From positions 1-35,263 of the IMG/VR virus record IMGVR_UViG_3300042972_000018: a stretch of DNA of 35,263 nt. One strand, 5' to 3'. The notes beneath the pieces are model-generated. The model ran no database searches and was not told where the DNA came from. It saw only the letters and a program-made list of their open reading frames with translations. Position numbers and translations under genes: made by a program. Positions 16,632 to 26,004 of this stretch are shown here, one piece after another. The number at the start of each line of letters is the position of its first letter. Position 1 is the first letter of the stretch. This DNA is from a virus (lineage: Duplodnaviria > Caudoviricetes).

Positions 16632-17206
16632 TATTTTTTATTTTTCTTAAATAAAGCCTCAGCGATCTTAATGTCATCTGAAGTAATTTTTTCTTTGTCC
16701 TCATTTTCGTCCCATTCAAAGGGGAGAAAATCGTGTTCGGTCGTGCCCTTTTTGAGATACGGAGAGACTTGAATCATCGCCCAGCGTCTTTTGTCTGTCA
16801 GACAGTTTTTCAAATGGTTCGCAAAGGCATTGGATAGATAGGATAGCCAGAGCAACGGCAAATTGATGATGCTCTCCGGACTGATGCCATGACAGATCAG
16901 ATCACCCAACTGATCACCGACCTTTTCGGGTTCGTCCCCTGCATTTTGTCCGCTTTTCTGTTTGACAAAAAACTGACTTGCAAAGATGATCTCATCGTTG
17001 ATGTCCTTTAGCCTCAGCATCAGGTCTGACCGTTTTGTTTCGCTCAGGGCTTTTTTGTAAAGTTCAAACGTGATTTTGTCCTTTCCGTCGCCCTCGTCAA
17101 TTACATAGAGCAACGCTGCGATGTCATCGTCTTTTGACACGTCAAAAGTCGAAAACGACCTGTCAAGCAACTGCTCCCACAAAATTATCTGTCCAATTCT
17201 TATCAT
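16631..17206 (-). CDS. Putative tail assembly chaperone
   Basis: Position between tail tube and tape measure genes; LPFEWD motif near the C-terminus. Confidence 0.6.
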   Translation of the reverse strand: MIRIGQIILWEQLLDRSFSTFDVSKDDDIAALLYVIDEGDGKDKITFELYKKALSETKRSDLMLRLKDINDEIIFASQFFVKQKSGQNAGDEPEKVGDQLGDLICHGISPESIINLPLLWLSYLSNAFANHLKNCLTDKRRWAMIQVSPYLKKGTTEHDFLPFEWDENEDKEKITSDDIKIAEALFKKNKK

Positions 17207-17219
17207 CTGCCTTTAAACT

Positions 17220-17249
17220 AAAAAAGGACCGACCGAAAGCGGTCGGCCC
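17220..17249 (-). terminator. Intrinsic terminator after the tail tube gene
   Basis: - strand GGGCCGACCG-CTTT-CGGTCGGTCC followed by TTTTTT. Confidence 0.75.
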
Positions 17250-17295
17250 TAATCCGAAACTAACTTAACCAAAAGATAAACTAAAAAAATAACGA

Positions 17296-17796
17296 TTATT
17301 CACCTGTAGTTCCACCGGCAGGTGCAGTAGCGTCAACCGGAGTCAAAGGACCGGAGCCGGTAGCCTGCAAAGTGTTTGTTGCCACGTTTCCTGCTTCGGA
17401 GGTGATCTCGAGTGACGTCAGGATCACATTGCCCTTGTAGGACGGATGAGATGTGTCGATTACAGGATCAGAGATGGTGCCGTCTGCATTTTTCGTGTAG
17501 CTCATTGTTCCGAAAACAAACGGCAGCGGTGTACCTGCGATGATTGCTTTCATTAGAGCGTGATAAGACTCAGCTTCCGTTTTTTCAGTAAGGAGAGATT
17601 CTGTCTCAACTGTGTAAGATCTCTTACCGGCGATCGCGGATCCGAAATCACCGTCGAATTTGTTTGTAGTGTCAACTGTAGCGGTCGTGAAAGTAATTTT
17701 TGCCGATTTGGCAAAAGCGACAACCAGGCCGTTAAGCAAAAGGATCATCTGTCCTGTCAACAGGTCCTTGTTGGAGTCATAAGTAATACTTGGCAT
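17296..17796 (-). CDS. Major tail tube protein
   Basis: 166 aa; VDTTNK and YKGNVILTSLEITSEAGNVATNTLQATGSGPL resemble TP901-1-family tube proteins. Confidence 0.85.
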   Translation of the reverse strand: MPSITYDSNKDLLTGQMILLLNGLVVAFAKSAKITFTTATVDTTNKFDGDFGSAIAGKRSYTVETESLLTEKTEAESYHALMKAIIAGTPLPFVFGTMSYTKNADGTISDPVIDTSHPSYKGNVILTSLEITSEAGNVATNTLQATGSGPLTPVDATAPAGGTTGE

Positions 17797-17815
17797 ATTC
17801 TATTGTATTTAAAAA

Positions 17816-18220
17816 TTATCCTAAATTCAAGTTGCCGACCGTCACTTGCAGGTACTCTGCGTACCATGCCTGACCGCCGACTGTAAAATCAGTCACATCC
17901 TCAGTAGAGTTTGTAATTAGAGGGTATAGATCATCGACCTTGATTAGCATCAAAACCGACCTCAGACGCTCCACTATTTGGCAACATCTGTCGTAGTCGG
18001 GCGAAAATGCCACAATGGCGATTGTTGCGACCTCATCATAAGTCCCGAATTTGGTCCTATAGAGTTTGTAGCCCTCACGACGTATGGTGACGAAATCACC
18101 GGTCGTGTCGGCAGGGGCAAAAAGCGGAAAAATGCTCTCTCCCACCATCTGTTTCAAATCCGCGTCTTGCAAAAGCAACTTGCGGAGATCCGTTGCTACT
18201 GACAATAATGACTTGCTCAT
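17816..18220 (-). CDS. Putative tail completion/terminator protein
   Basis: Size, position, and LKQMVGESIFPLFAP N-terminal motif. Confidence 0.65.
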   Translation of the reverse strand: MSKSLLSVATDLRKLLLQDADLKQMVGESIFPLFAPADTTGDFVTIRREGYKLYRTKFGTYDEVATIAIVAFSPDYDRCCQIVERLRSVLMLIKVDDLYPLITNSTEDVTDFTVGGQAWYAEYLQVTVGNLNLG

Positions 18221-18254
18221 CTATAGTAACAGTCAAAGTATGGAATTTGCCCCC
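18221..18254 (-). promoter_or_regulatory. Putative late promoter motif copy (GGGGGCAAAT-N14-GTTACTATAG), directly abutting the ATG
   Basis: One of four equally spaced copies upstream of late genes. Confidence 0.6.
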
Positions 18255-18733
18255 ATTATTTGATTAAAGGCCTGCCGTATGCCGGTCTCAATCATCAACA
18301 TTGCCTCAGGCGTATCATCCTTTTTTGTTGTGGTCCAAAACAACAGAGATCCGGCAGGGCCTTGCACGCCATGACCTGACTTGCCACGATAGTAGCCTTT
18401 GAGTGTTTTACGCGGACCGGTGCCCTGATCGACCAGCCATGAATGATAGCCGTTGTAGGTCTGACCGCCACTCGACCCCTGCCTAAACCCTGCCAGAGCA
18501 CCGAGATTGTTTTTCTTTACTTTCACAACCATTGATTTGAGCAAATTGCCGGTATGTTTTATTTCCGGACGCTCTCCGGCCCTCAATCTCGCCTTGCCCT
18601 GATTGACCAGGTAGCGAGCAGCGAGCCGGAGGGTCTTTTGGATCATCTTATTGTTGCCAATGTCCGAGAGCTGCTTGATCATATTTGTGAGTTCGGGCGA
18701 GGGCGTTAATTTTGCCTTAAATAATATATCCAT
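18233..18733 (-). CDS. HK97 gp10-like neck protein
   Basis: TGNLLKS and HSWLVDQGT motifs; basic; neck-module position. Confidence 0.7.
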   Translation of the reverse strand: MDILFKAKLTPSPELTNMIKQLSDIGNNKMIQKTLRLAARYLVNQGKARLRAGERPEIKHTGNLLKSMVVKVKKNNLGALAGFRQGSSGGQTYNGYHSWLVDQGTGPRKTLKGYYRGKSGHGVQGPAGSLLFWTTTKKDDTPEAMLMIETGIRQAFNQIMGANSIL

Positions 18734-18735
18734 TT

Positions 18736-19053
18736 TTATTTGTTTATTTTTTGTCCAGTTACGAGCCTGGTGTTATCCTCAATCTGTATCAAGTTTTGCA
18801 GGACGTTGTAATCCTCATCCTCGTAGCTAAAATTAGAGATGTTGGCCAGTCGGGGATCATTGCGTACCTGGAGGGTGACCGTCCCGGCATTAAATTCCTC
18901 TTGACCGACCATTTGTGAGTTGTCCACTTTCCGCTTGCGGTAACATCTGACCGTTGCGATGTTTGTCTTTGTCTTAGACACAAAACCGCTATCCGTCTGC
19001 TTAGTCGTGATTGCATAAAACGTCACCTTTTCTCTTAAAAGTCCTGCTCTCAT
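18736..19053 (-). CDS. Head-tail adaptor / head closure protein (SPP1 gp16-like)
   Basis: MRAGLLREKVTF N-terminus; 105 aa; position. Confidence 0.8.
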   Translation of the reverse strand: MRAGLLREKVTFYAITTKQTDSGFVSKTKTNIATVRCYRKRKVDNSQMVGQEEFNAGTVTLQVRNDPRLANISNFSYEDEDYNVLQNLIQIEDNTRLVTGQKINK

Positions 19054-19054
19054 A

Positions 19055-19354
19055 TCATGTAAACTTAATGTAGGGTACGATCAAATTGCGGTAAGAATAT
19101 GGCACCGGCTGCGGAGTGCCGAACGAGACCGCCTCCCGATTGTCATAGAGAGTTGCAGCATAGATGATGATGGCATGTTTCAGGTCGCTCGTTAACACTC
19201 CAGCCTCATCAACATAGTCGGTGAGTGGGCATTGGATCTCCTTTTGTACGTGTGATTCGGCAGCGTCAAGGAGCGATTGTATATAATCGTCCTCATCGTC
19301 AGACTCGATATAGGAGTGCTGCTTCAATTCTTTGACAGTTACGTATTTTGACAT
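19055..19354 (-). CDS. Head-tail connector (HK97 gp6 / SPP1 gp15-like)
   Basis: ELKQH..I..D.EDDYIQSLLDAAE...LKHAI...LYDNREAV...VP.SY..LI.PY. Confidence 0.88.
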   Translation of the reverse strand: MSKYVTVKELKQHSYIESDDEDDYIQSLLDAAESHVQKEIQCPLTDYVDEAGVLTSDLKHAIIIYAATLYDNREAVSFGTPQPVPYSYRNLIVPYIKFT

Positions 19355-19366
19355 AGTTCAAAATTT

Positions 19367-19397
19367 AAAAAAGCCACACCGGACGAACCGGTGCAGC
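19367..19397 (-). terminator. Intrinsic terminator after the major capsid gene
   Basis: - strand GCTGCACCGG-TTCGT-CCGGTGTGGC followed by a T run. Confidence 0.7.
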
Positions 19398-19435
19398 CCA
19401 AAAACTAAAGATACTATTTAACCAATAAGCACAAA

Positions 19436-20692
19436 TTACGCACCTGTACCGGTACCGGTAGTGCCAGATGTCACCTGGATGTAGCCAAAGGCTTCATTCC
19501 TAAATGCCATCATATCCCAACGGCTGTTGATGGTAAATGCCGTCATATCCGTACCTGCTACGGCAGCGGAGCTGCTATCAATCCCCAAAGTGACGTTTCC
19601 GAACTGTCCCAAAAGTTCATAACCAAACAGTCCATAGCCAAGGAAGTTGGCCGGAACATATTCTGTCCGGAATACCGGTACGCCGTCGATTGTGTTTTGC
19701 GCGTCAATGATCATGATCCCTGATCCTGCATCCCGAGGTGTGGATTTGAGGGTATAGTACATTGATGTCGAGCAAACAAAGCCAGGTGATGTGAGTTGTA
19801 CTCCGGTTGCCTCAACTGCGGCGCGGAGATTGTTGATGTCCTTGTAAGCGATTGGACTTGTCAGGGATATTTTGGCTTTTGCGAGGACGTTTGCGAAACA
19901 TCCGTCAGGTACAATACCCTTTTCATCACTATTTGTGAGGGCAAACATGGTCTCGTTGAGTTTTCGTTGCAGGCCTGCTGCAATCTGTGTCAGGACGATG
20001 TTACGGATTGATCCGGCACTTTGCCAAATTGCCTGATTGGAGACATAGATCTGTAATGGCAATCTGTGAGGCTTAGGAGTGATGCTCGAAAGGGCAATTT
20101 TCTTGGATGTTGCCTGGTCATTCTCGCCCTCCCATTCTGCGGTAACGGCTTCAACGACCGGATAATTCCACGCACCTACGATACCACTCTGCACATGCAA
20201 ACCCAACTGACCCAAAATCAAGCCCTTTTCAAGCGGTTCGATAATGTCGTGGATCGTCATGGGAACGACCGGAGTCACGTCAGCCGTTGTCTGTACAGTC
20301 GTATCGCGATATTGCTTGATGGTTTCCTGCATGGATTCCCGAGAAAATGGTATTACCATCTGGTTAGGATCTCCATCTCGAGAGCGGAGGTAACTGTACT
20401 CGTCCGGGATTCCCCTTTTTGATACCAAAGACCTGATCGTGTCACGACACACTACATCCTGACTTCTTTCTGAGATCTGGGGAGCGCTGATCACCTTAGG
20501 GTTTTCAAGTTCCAATGACCGGAGTTTCAGATGATCAATTTCGGCTTCATAATCCTTCACCTGCTTCCGCTCGTCTTCGGTCAATGCACGATTTTCCTTT
20601 TTGATCGTGTCATTGAGAGTTGTAACCGCCGTTCTGATTTCCAGAATGCGCGAGCGGTTTTCGCGCAACTCCTTTTTTTCTTTTTCTGTCAT
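19436..20692 (-). CDS. Major capsid protein (HK97 fold, with N-terminal delta/scaffold domain)
   Basis: 418 aa; N-terminal coiled coil (ENRALTEDE), AEWEGEN, IDGVPVFRTEYVP; follows the prohead protease. Confidence 0.9.
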   Translation of the reverse strand: MTEKEKKELRENRSRILEIRTAVTTLNDTIKKENRALTEDERKQVKDYEAEIDHLKLRSLELENPKVISAPQISERSQDVVCRDTIRSLVSKRGIPDEYSYLRSRDGDPNQMVIPFSRESMQETIKQYRDTTVQTTADVTPVVPMTIHDIIEPLEKGLILGQLGLHVQSGIVGAWNYPVVEAVTAEWEGENDQATSKKIALSSITPKPHRLPLQIYVSNQAIWQSAGSIRNIVLTQIAAGLQRKLNETMFALTNSDEKGIVPDGCFANVLAKAKISLTSPIAYKDINNLRAAVEATGVQLTSPGFVCSTSMYYTLKSTPRDAGSGIMIIDAQNTIDGVPVFRTEYVPANFLGYGLFGYELLGQFGNVTLGIDSSSAAVAGTDMTAFTINSRWDMMAFRNEAFGYIQVTSGTTGTGTGA

Positions 20693-20694
20693 AA

Positions 20695-21381
20695 CTATAA
20701 AAAATTGATTATATTGTTCAATAACTTTTCATCTTCCCGAACCTTTACAGGGTCTGCCTTAGGTTTCGGCACTTCTTTCGGCTTTGGCGGACCTGGCAAA
20801 GCACGCTTGATCTCATTGGCCAGAAATTCCGCATCCTCACTCCGGGCTTCCACCGATGTCTGAGGATATGCCGGATAGAGCACGATCGAGACGTCACAAA
20901 GATGGTCTATTTTGTTGACCTGTCTGACGATCGTTTCATTGTCATTTTCATCCGTTTCCTTACTGTATGTGACATTTGTTATATCGTCGTCATTGTAATA
21001 GGCAAAAGAGCATCCAGAAAAATCACCGCGCTTTACACCCTCGTAGGCTACATGGCCATCAGGGGTATCGGCAACCTGAAACGAAAACTTGACTCCGGTC
21101 TTGTCTTTCGTCAGGGTCAGTGACCCCGAACCGTTGACAGATCTTGCCAGCAACCTGTTATTGTCGTGATTGATGTTGCAAATGACATCCGATGATCTGA
21201 TGAGATCGTCAGAGATGGACTCCGGAGTTATCACCTCAACAACATATTTCCAAATATTCGGGTCAACTACAAGAAGTGAACGTTGGTTGAAGACGATGGC
21301 ATAACCCTCAATGGTTTTACCGTCATCGAGAGCGCGGAGCGCGCATTTATCGCTTGAAAATGATCTCTTAAAAATTGTCAT
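20695..21381 (-). CDS. HK97-family prohead protease
   Basis: IEGYAIVFN, NHDNNRLLAR, GDFSGCSFAY, DVSIVLYPAYPQTSV. Confidence 0.93.
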   Translation of the reverse strand: MTIFKRSFSSDKCALRALDDGKTIEGYAIVFNQRSLLVVDPNIWKYVVEVITPESISDDLIRSSDVICNINHDNNRLLARSVNGSGSLTLTKDKTGVKFSFQVADTPDGHVAYEGVKRGDFSGCSFAYYNDDDITNVTYSKETDENDNETIVRQVNKIDHLCDVSIVLYPAYPQTSVEARSEDAEFLANEIKRALPGPPKPKEVPKPKADPVKVREDEKLLNNIINFL

Positions 21382-21394
21382 AATTAATTGCTAT

Positions 21395-21428
21395 CTATAA
21401 TTACTCGTCATCACTTGTTTTTGCCCCC
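21395..21428 (-). promoter_or_regulatory. Putative late promoter motif copy (GGGGGCAAAA-N14-GTAATTATAG)
   Basis: Embedded in the portal 3' end, 13 nt before the protease ATG. Confidence 0.6.
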
Positions 21429-22699
21429 TCGTTTTGTTGCGTCGGTTGTGTCTGGTCAGGCAAAGTGCCCGAAATTTTCGGGGAGTCGATAGGCGCCACG
21501 TTGCAGGAAATAAAAGTTGTGTCTCCACCGTCGACAGGCTGCAATCCCTCCTTTGCGCGGATTTCGTTCGGGGTGAGTATACCGGATTGGATACACTTTT
21601 GATAATAATCGGCTTTGGCGGTCGGGTCAGACTCATAGTAGTTGTCAAGGCTAAACTTGATCCGGTAATTACGCATGTTGGCAAAGCCAATCAACTTAAT
21701 ATTGAGTTCATTCTCAATCTTTCTCATGAGGGGCATGAGAGTGTCCGTCATAAAAGTTGTCTGCGAATTTTCGGCCGACTTGTAGTTTGTCGAAGTGTAA
21801 TGGAATACCTTATCAGGCGGAACGCCAAAAAATCTGCAAATCTCTTCGACCGAAAACTTTTTACTGTCCAAAAGCTGCATATCGGCAGGCGACATGGAGA
21901 GTTGGTTGAAACGCATGATGCCGGGCAAAGTAAAAATCCTCTTTCCGGATTTCAGTTCCGTTTCGATTCTGTTTCCGACTGTCGATAATTGTGTGTCCTG
22001 TATTGCACCGTAACCTTGCACAACATCACCGTCTCCGGAGATAAATCCGCGGAGAGTGCTGCCCGATTGGAACATATCACTTTGTTGCCGGTCCGTCTTA
22101 TAGGCAATGCCTAGAGTATTGGCAGCAAAGTGCAGGGTGCTGACTCCGCAAAACCCACCGTCAAGGCAGCGGTTACGGATGTGGATAATATCTATATCCT
22201 TAACATCATCGTGGATTCCATTGATATAATCGTTGATGTGATATATCTTGGTATTGATGTCATACGATACGGTACCTGGAGCTAAGAGTATCAGTCTTAT
22301 CAACTCACCACCCGAATAGGTGGGGAGTATATAGGCATTACCCTGGAGATCCAGCATGGTTACAAGGTTATCCAACAGATCATACGCCGACATATAGATG
22401 TTGGGCTGCATGGATAAGAGATAATCCGCCATGTTATCCGTTGGTACAAAGGTTTTGTGAGTAATGTTGTTGACGGTCTGAGTTTGACTCCGCATGAAAT
22501 GGAGTCCCATACCAGCTATAGCACTAGCCTTGATGCTAACGCACCGGTAGACCGCTGCAATATTCATCGAATATCGGGTGGAAAAACCGTCATAATCAGG
22601 TTGAAAAACGGACGTGTCGCCAGTAATCTGTACAGCCTGGTCGGCCGACCTCTGAACTTTCCGATAAAACGGCCCGAATAATTTCTTAAATTGGATCAT
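21401..22699 (-). CDS. Portal protein (HK97 family)
   Basis: AVYRCV, GNAY, IIHIR, EEICRFFGVPP, GILTPNEIRAKEGLQPVDGGD. Confidence 0.95.
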   Translation of the reverse strand: MIQFKKLFGPFYRKVQRSADQAVQITGDTSVFQPDYDGFSTRYSMNIAAVYRCVSIKASAIAGMGLHFMRSQTQTVNNITHKTFVPTDNMADYLLSMQPNIYMSAYDLLDNLVTMLDLQGNAYILPTYSGGELIRLILLAPGTVSYDINTKIYHINDYINGIHDDVKDIDIIHIRNRCLDGGFCGVSTLHFAANTLGIAYKTDRQQSDMFQSGSTLRGFISGDGDVVQGYGAIQDTQLSTVGNRIETELKSGKRIFTLPGIMRFNQLSMSPADMQLLDSKKFSVEEICRFFGVPPDKVFHYTSTNYKSAENSQTTFMTDTLMPLMRKIENELNIKLIGFANMRNYRIKFSLDNYYESDPTAKADYYQKCIQSGILTPNEIRAKEGLQPVDGGDTTFISCNVAPIDSPKISGTLPDQTQPTQQNEGAKTSDDE

Positions 22700-22714
22700 C
22701 GCAAAATTTTGTTT

Positions 22715-22748
22715 CTACTAACACCAGCAGAAACAAGATTTTGCCCCC
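22715..22748 (-). promoter_or_regulatory. Putative late promoter motif copy (GGGGGCAAAA-N14-GTGTTAGTAG), overlapped by a 16-bp inverted repeat (22701-22744)
   Basis: Lies in the terL-portal intergenic region. Confidence 0.55.
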
Positions 22749-22751
22749 TAA

Positions 22752-24479
22752 CTAAAATCTCTTTTGTTGCAGAGACACCCCGACCGCCATCGTGGCGGTG
22801 ATGGCACCGTCGATCTTATGGTTAGCCTCTTTTTTTATCGGTCTGCAATTTTCCATACTATCCACATCCAATGTACAATTATCAAAACAATATGAGATAA
22901 TCGGATTTGGGGTAAAGGTCAAAACGTTTTGCTCCAGCATACGCGGTAGTGCCTGTACCGGTATGGTGTAATAGTAATTCGTCTGTTTGTAAGGGTAAAG
23001 ATAGTTCTTAGCGCCATACGCTACGAGGATATTAGTAAAGTCCTGAGCCTTATTAGGGTCATAGGCTATTTTCATTATTCGGAGGTTTTGTCCATGCTTC
23101 AGAATGTCCGTTGCAATCTGGTAATAGTCTATGATCTTACCCTTGCAGAGATGGAGGTAACCTTGTTTTGCCCAACGTTTGTAAAGATCCCTGTTCGGAT
23201 GGGATTTTAGTTTGCCCTCCGGAAAATAAAACTCCGTATGGATGTGACTCTTCTTTTCATCGTACAAATAAACGTAATAACTGACCGCGGAAAAATCATT
23301 GTCCACGCTCAGGTCTACCGCAACTTCACAATCATTCTTCCGCCCGGTCGAGTTCGTTCCGAGTTTGTCAATATCAAGTTTCCGGTAATGGTCCATGATC
23401 TCCTTACCGGTAATCCAAGTCTGTCCGGATGCGGTATCATAGACATTCAGCAGTTTCGTGCGAAAGGCTTTCATGTCATCGTGCGTTTTCTGTGCCTCCG
23501 CCCACATGTTTTCGTAGAAACTCTCCTTGACAGTAATGCCCATGTGCGGTTGTACTTTCCGCCAAGTGTGGGGATCGCCCTCTTTGTCGTCGACATCCGG
23601 CTCAAAGATATGTGCAAATAGTGCATCATCCTCGACCTCGCCGCGGAGGGTTGATTTTGCACCATTAAGCATTTCGACAAAAGGTGCATCCGGTTTGTCG
23701 GACGCGGTAGTAATCACGATAACCAAAGGATTTTCGCGAATACCCATTGAGGTAGTGAGCACATGGTATAGGTCTGTTGTTTCAGCCTGGGAAAACTCAT
23801 CCATGATCACCGTTGACGCATTGAGTCCATCGAGTTTGTCGGCATTTGAGGTCAGGCATTGAATGAACGATTCCCGGGCCTGATCCTCGCGCCAACTCAC
23901 CATGTCCCGATTGACTTTAAAGTGCAAGAGTTTTTGATCAAGCCCTTTGATCGCACCCTTGATCGCCTTGAAACAGATCATTGCCTGTTTGTAAGTATTA
24001 GCAGCAGTATAAGCCTGGGCATTCGCATCGCCATACAAAAGATCGTAGATGGCCAGGGCGGCAACACTCGTGGTCTTGGAAAACTTTCGGGGTACATACA
24101 AGATTACGTTATGCGTCAGACGATGCGTCTTGTCCTTGTAAAATCCCAAGATATTGGCAAACTCGAATACCTGTACCGGTGTCAACTTATAAGACTGTCG
24201 ACCGTGGGTGCCCGGAAACTTCAGGTGCTCGTAACAAAGAATGAACTTTTGGAGTTCGTCAATGCGAAATTCATACTTATCCAGAAAACGAAAAAACCTT
24301 GCTAATGCAAGGCACTCGTATAGATTGTGGGCGGAAAAGTCAGATATGACACCCTCTGCATACGACCTCAGGCGCTTATCAATTTGATCAAGTCCGTATG
24401 ATCGTATGTTAATGCCGGCCAGCTTTTTACAGCACTCAGCCTTGCACTCTCTTTCTCTCTGCTTTTCCTCCTCTGTCAT
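22752..24479 (-). CDS. terL: Terminase large subunit
   Basis: Walker A-like VPRKFSKTT, Walker B VIMDE, ITTAS, nuclease motifs AVDLS and KIDGAIT. Confidence 0.95.
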   Translation of the reverse strand: MTEEEKQRERECKAECCKKLAGINIRSYGLDQIDKRLRSYAEGVISDFSAHNLYECLALARFFRFLDKYEFRIDELQKFILCYEHLKFPGTHGRQSYKLTPVQVFEFANILGFYKDKTHRLTHNVILYVPRKFSKTTSVAALAIYDLLYGDANAQAYTAANTYKQAMICFKAIKGAIKGLDQKLLHFKVNRDMVSWREDQARESFIQCLTSNADKLDGLNASTVIMDEFSQAETTDLYHVLTTSMGIRENPLVIVITTASDKPDAPFVEMLNGAKSTLRGEVEDDALFAHIFEPDVDDKEGDPHTWRKVQPHMGITVKESFYENMWAEAQKTHDDMKAFRTKLLNVYDTASGQTWITGKEIMDHYRKLDIDKLGTNSTGRKNDCEVAVDLSVDNDFSAVSYYVYLYDEKKSHIHTEFYFPEGKLKSHPNRDLYKRWAKQGYLHLCKGKIIDYYQIATDILKHGQNLRIMKIAYDPNKAQDFTNILVAYGAKNYLYPYKQTNYYYTIPVQALPRMLEQNVLTFTPNPIISYCFDNCTLDVDSMENCRPIKKEANHKIDGAITATMAVGVSLQQKRF

Positions 24480-24898
24480 GCGTTAGGTTTCCGGTAATCC
24501 TTCCTTGTAATGCCGCCGATCATGCTGCCGAGGGCACTAAGGGAGTCGCCGTCACCCTCCGATTCACTTGCCGACGCTTTCGGCTTAGCCTCATAATACA
24601 TCCCAACATCCTTCAGGGCTTTGCGGATCCGGTCGATATAGACGGCTTCGATGTCGCACGCAGGATTACGCACATATCGGATATTCCCCTCACGTGATTC
24701 CTCCTCGAGTAATAACCCTCTGTTTGCAATTTCATTTCGAGCTTCCTCGAGACGGACAAACAAGGGGGCAATCGTCATGATGATTGTGTCATGCTTTTTC
24801 GGATCATATATGCCTTGCGCTTTAAATGCTTTTCTGAGGAGCTTCGCAAAATCGTCCTCTCTATGTGTTTTAAAATTTCTGTATCTTTCCATTTTCAA
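24476..24898 (-). CDS. terS: Terminase small subunit (P27-like)
   Basis: Directly upstream of terL; GLLLEEESREGN...NPA motif. Confidence 0.78.
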   Translation of the reverse strand: MKMERYRNFKTHREDDFAKLLRKAFKAQGIYDPKKHDTIIMTIAPLFVRLEEARNEIANRGLLLEEESREGNIRYVRNPACDIEAVYIDRIRKALKDVGMYYEAKPKASASESEGDGDSLSALGSMIGGITRKDYRKPNA

Positions 24899-25226
24899 AC
24901 ATCCCTTTTAAATACTTGTCCAATATGGATTTTTGGTGGCTTTTCATATTTTCTTTGTTGTGATCATGCGACCCCATCTTTTTATGGATCTCATGATGGC
25001 ACTCCCGACATACCGACTCGAGATTGTTGTAATCAAAAGCGAGAGCTTCCATGCCGGAGAGATCATGAGCGGTCTCGATTGGTATGATGTGATGGACCTC
25101 CTGAGCGGATCTTATCTTTCCCTTTTTCGTACACTCTTCGCATAGGGGGTCCTTGATGATCTTCTTATCTCTCAACATCTTCCACTCTTTCGAGTTCATG
25201 ATCTTCTTATATTTCCAATCTTTCAT
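24870..25226 (-). CDS. Packaging-associated HNH endonuclease (HK97 gp74-like)
   Basis: PLCEEC...EVHHIIP...NLESVCRECHHEIH; next to terS. Confidence 0.9.
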   Translation of the reverse strand: MKDWKYKKIMNSKEWKMLRDKKIIKDPLCEECTKKGKIRSAQEVHHIIPIETAHDLSGMEALAFDYNNLESVCRECHHEIHKKMGSHDHNKENMKSHQKSILDKYLKGMFENGKIQKF

Positions 25227-25624
25227 AATCGTTTATTAATGTCGGCTTTCCATTCCCGAGTGCCCTGCTCTTCGCAATCCGAAAACAGATCGGCAACTTC
25301 GCTATGGACGCGAGATTTCGGATCGGGATGACGTTGCCGTCTTTTTGTTTCTCTCCAGATCTTCCGGTTCTTGATGTTCCGGACCGCCCTGGAGATAACC
25401 TCAGCGTCCATCTTGTAAGTACCGGCAAACAACTTGATGATTTCCGGTGGCAGGTCAACGGCGCTTCCGCTTTTGCGGTCGGACGCCCGGAGGAAACAAA
25501 GCACGATGTATCTTAGCAGGGAGTAGGTGCTTTTGAAACCACACCACTTTGCCAGATCTTCCATCTTCTTGTTTTCTTCAGGTGTAATCCGAGTCATTAT
25601 CTTTTTGTAATTTTTCTCTTTCAT
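25223..25624 (-). CDS. Hypothetical basic protein, possibly ribbon-helix-helix DNA binding
   Basis: KIMTRITPEE...LAKWCGFKSTYSLLR strand-helix-helix pattern. Confidence 0.5.
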   Translation of the reverse strand: MKEKNYKKIMTRITPEENKKMEDLAKWCGFKSTYSLLRYIVLCFLRASDRKSGSAVDLPPEIIKLFAGTYKMDAEVISRAVRNIKNRKIWRETKRRQRHPDPKSRVHSEVADLFSDCEEQGTREWKADINKRL

Positions 25625-25749
25625 CCGTTTTATGCTTTTTAATTGTTTATGGGGGCTTTATTTTCCTCCAACGATAAATTATAAGTCTGATAGCCAAAAA
25701 GGCTACCAGCGCAAAACTTTGCCCCATAGGGCTAATTCTATATTGCATT

Positions 25750-26004
25750 TCATTGCTGCTTTTTCTTTTTGTCCGTTTTTGCCGTTTTGGGTTTTACTGA
25801 TTTATCGTCAGATTCAGGGGGCACAATTATGTCGTTTTTTGCCCAATACTGATAATGCCTGACCGGTTCGAGTCGACCGTCGTCAAGTTTCACTTGATTG
25901 TTTTTTACGACGGCATGGATTGCCACGCCACCCCTGTAAACATAGATACTTTCGCCATTTTCAGGCAACTGAACTTTTGTCTTTTTCCAATCTGTACTTT
26001 TCAT
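25750..26004 (-). CDS. Hypothetical phage protein
   Basis: ORF track; W...QLP N-terminus of the DUF551-like type; Lys-rich tail. Confidence 0.55.
   Translation of the reverse strand: MKSTDWKKTKVQLPENGESIYVYRGGVAIHAVVKNNQVKLDDGRLEPVRHYQYWAKNDIIVPPESDDKSVKPKTAKTDKKKKQQ

Noticed and set aside
16960-16980. Programmed -1 frameshift in the tail assembly chaperone (CAG TTT TTT GTC)
   Set aside because: Not a canonical X XXY YYZ heptamer in frame, and the single ORF already reaches the tape measure start.
24070-24100. TerL Walker A lacking Gly (PRKFSKTT) as a sign of inactivation
   Set aside because: The Lys-Thr and all other ATPase and nuclease motifs are intact. More likely a family variant.
25700-25730. 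GGGGCAAAG as a fifth late-promoter copy
   Set aside because: Only four Gs and no GT element at the +14 spacing.
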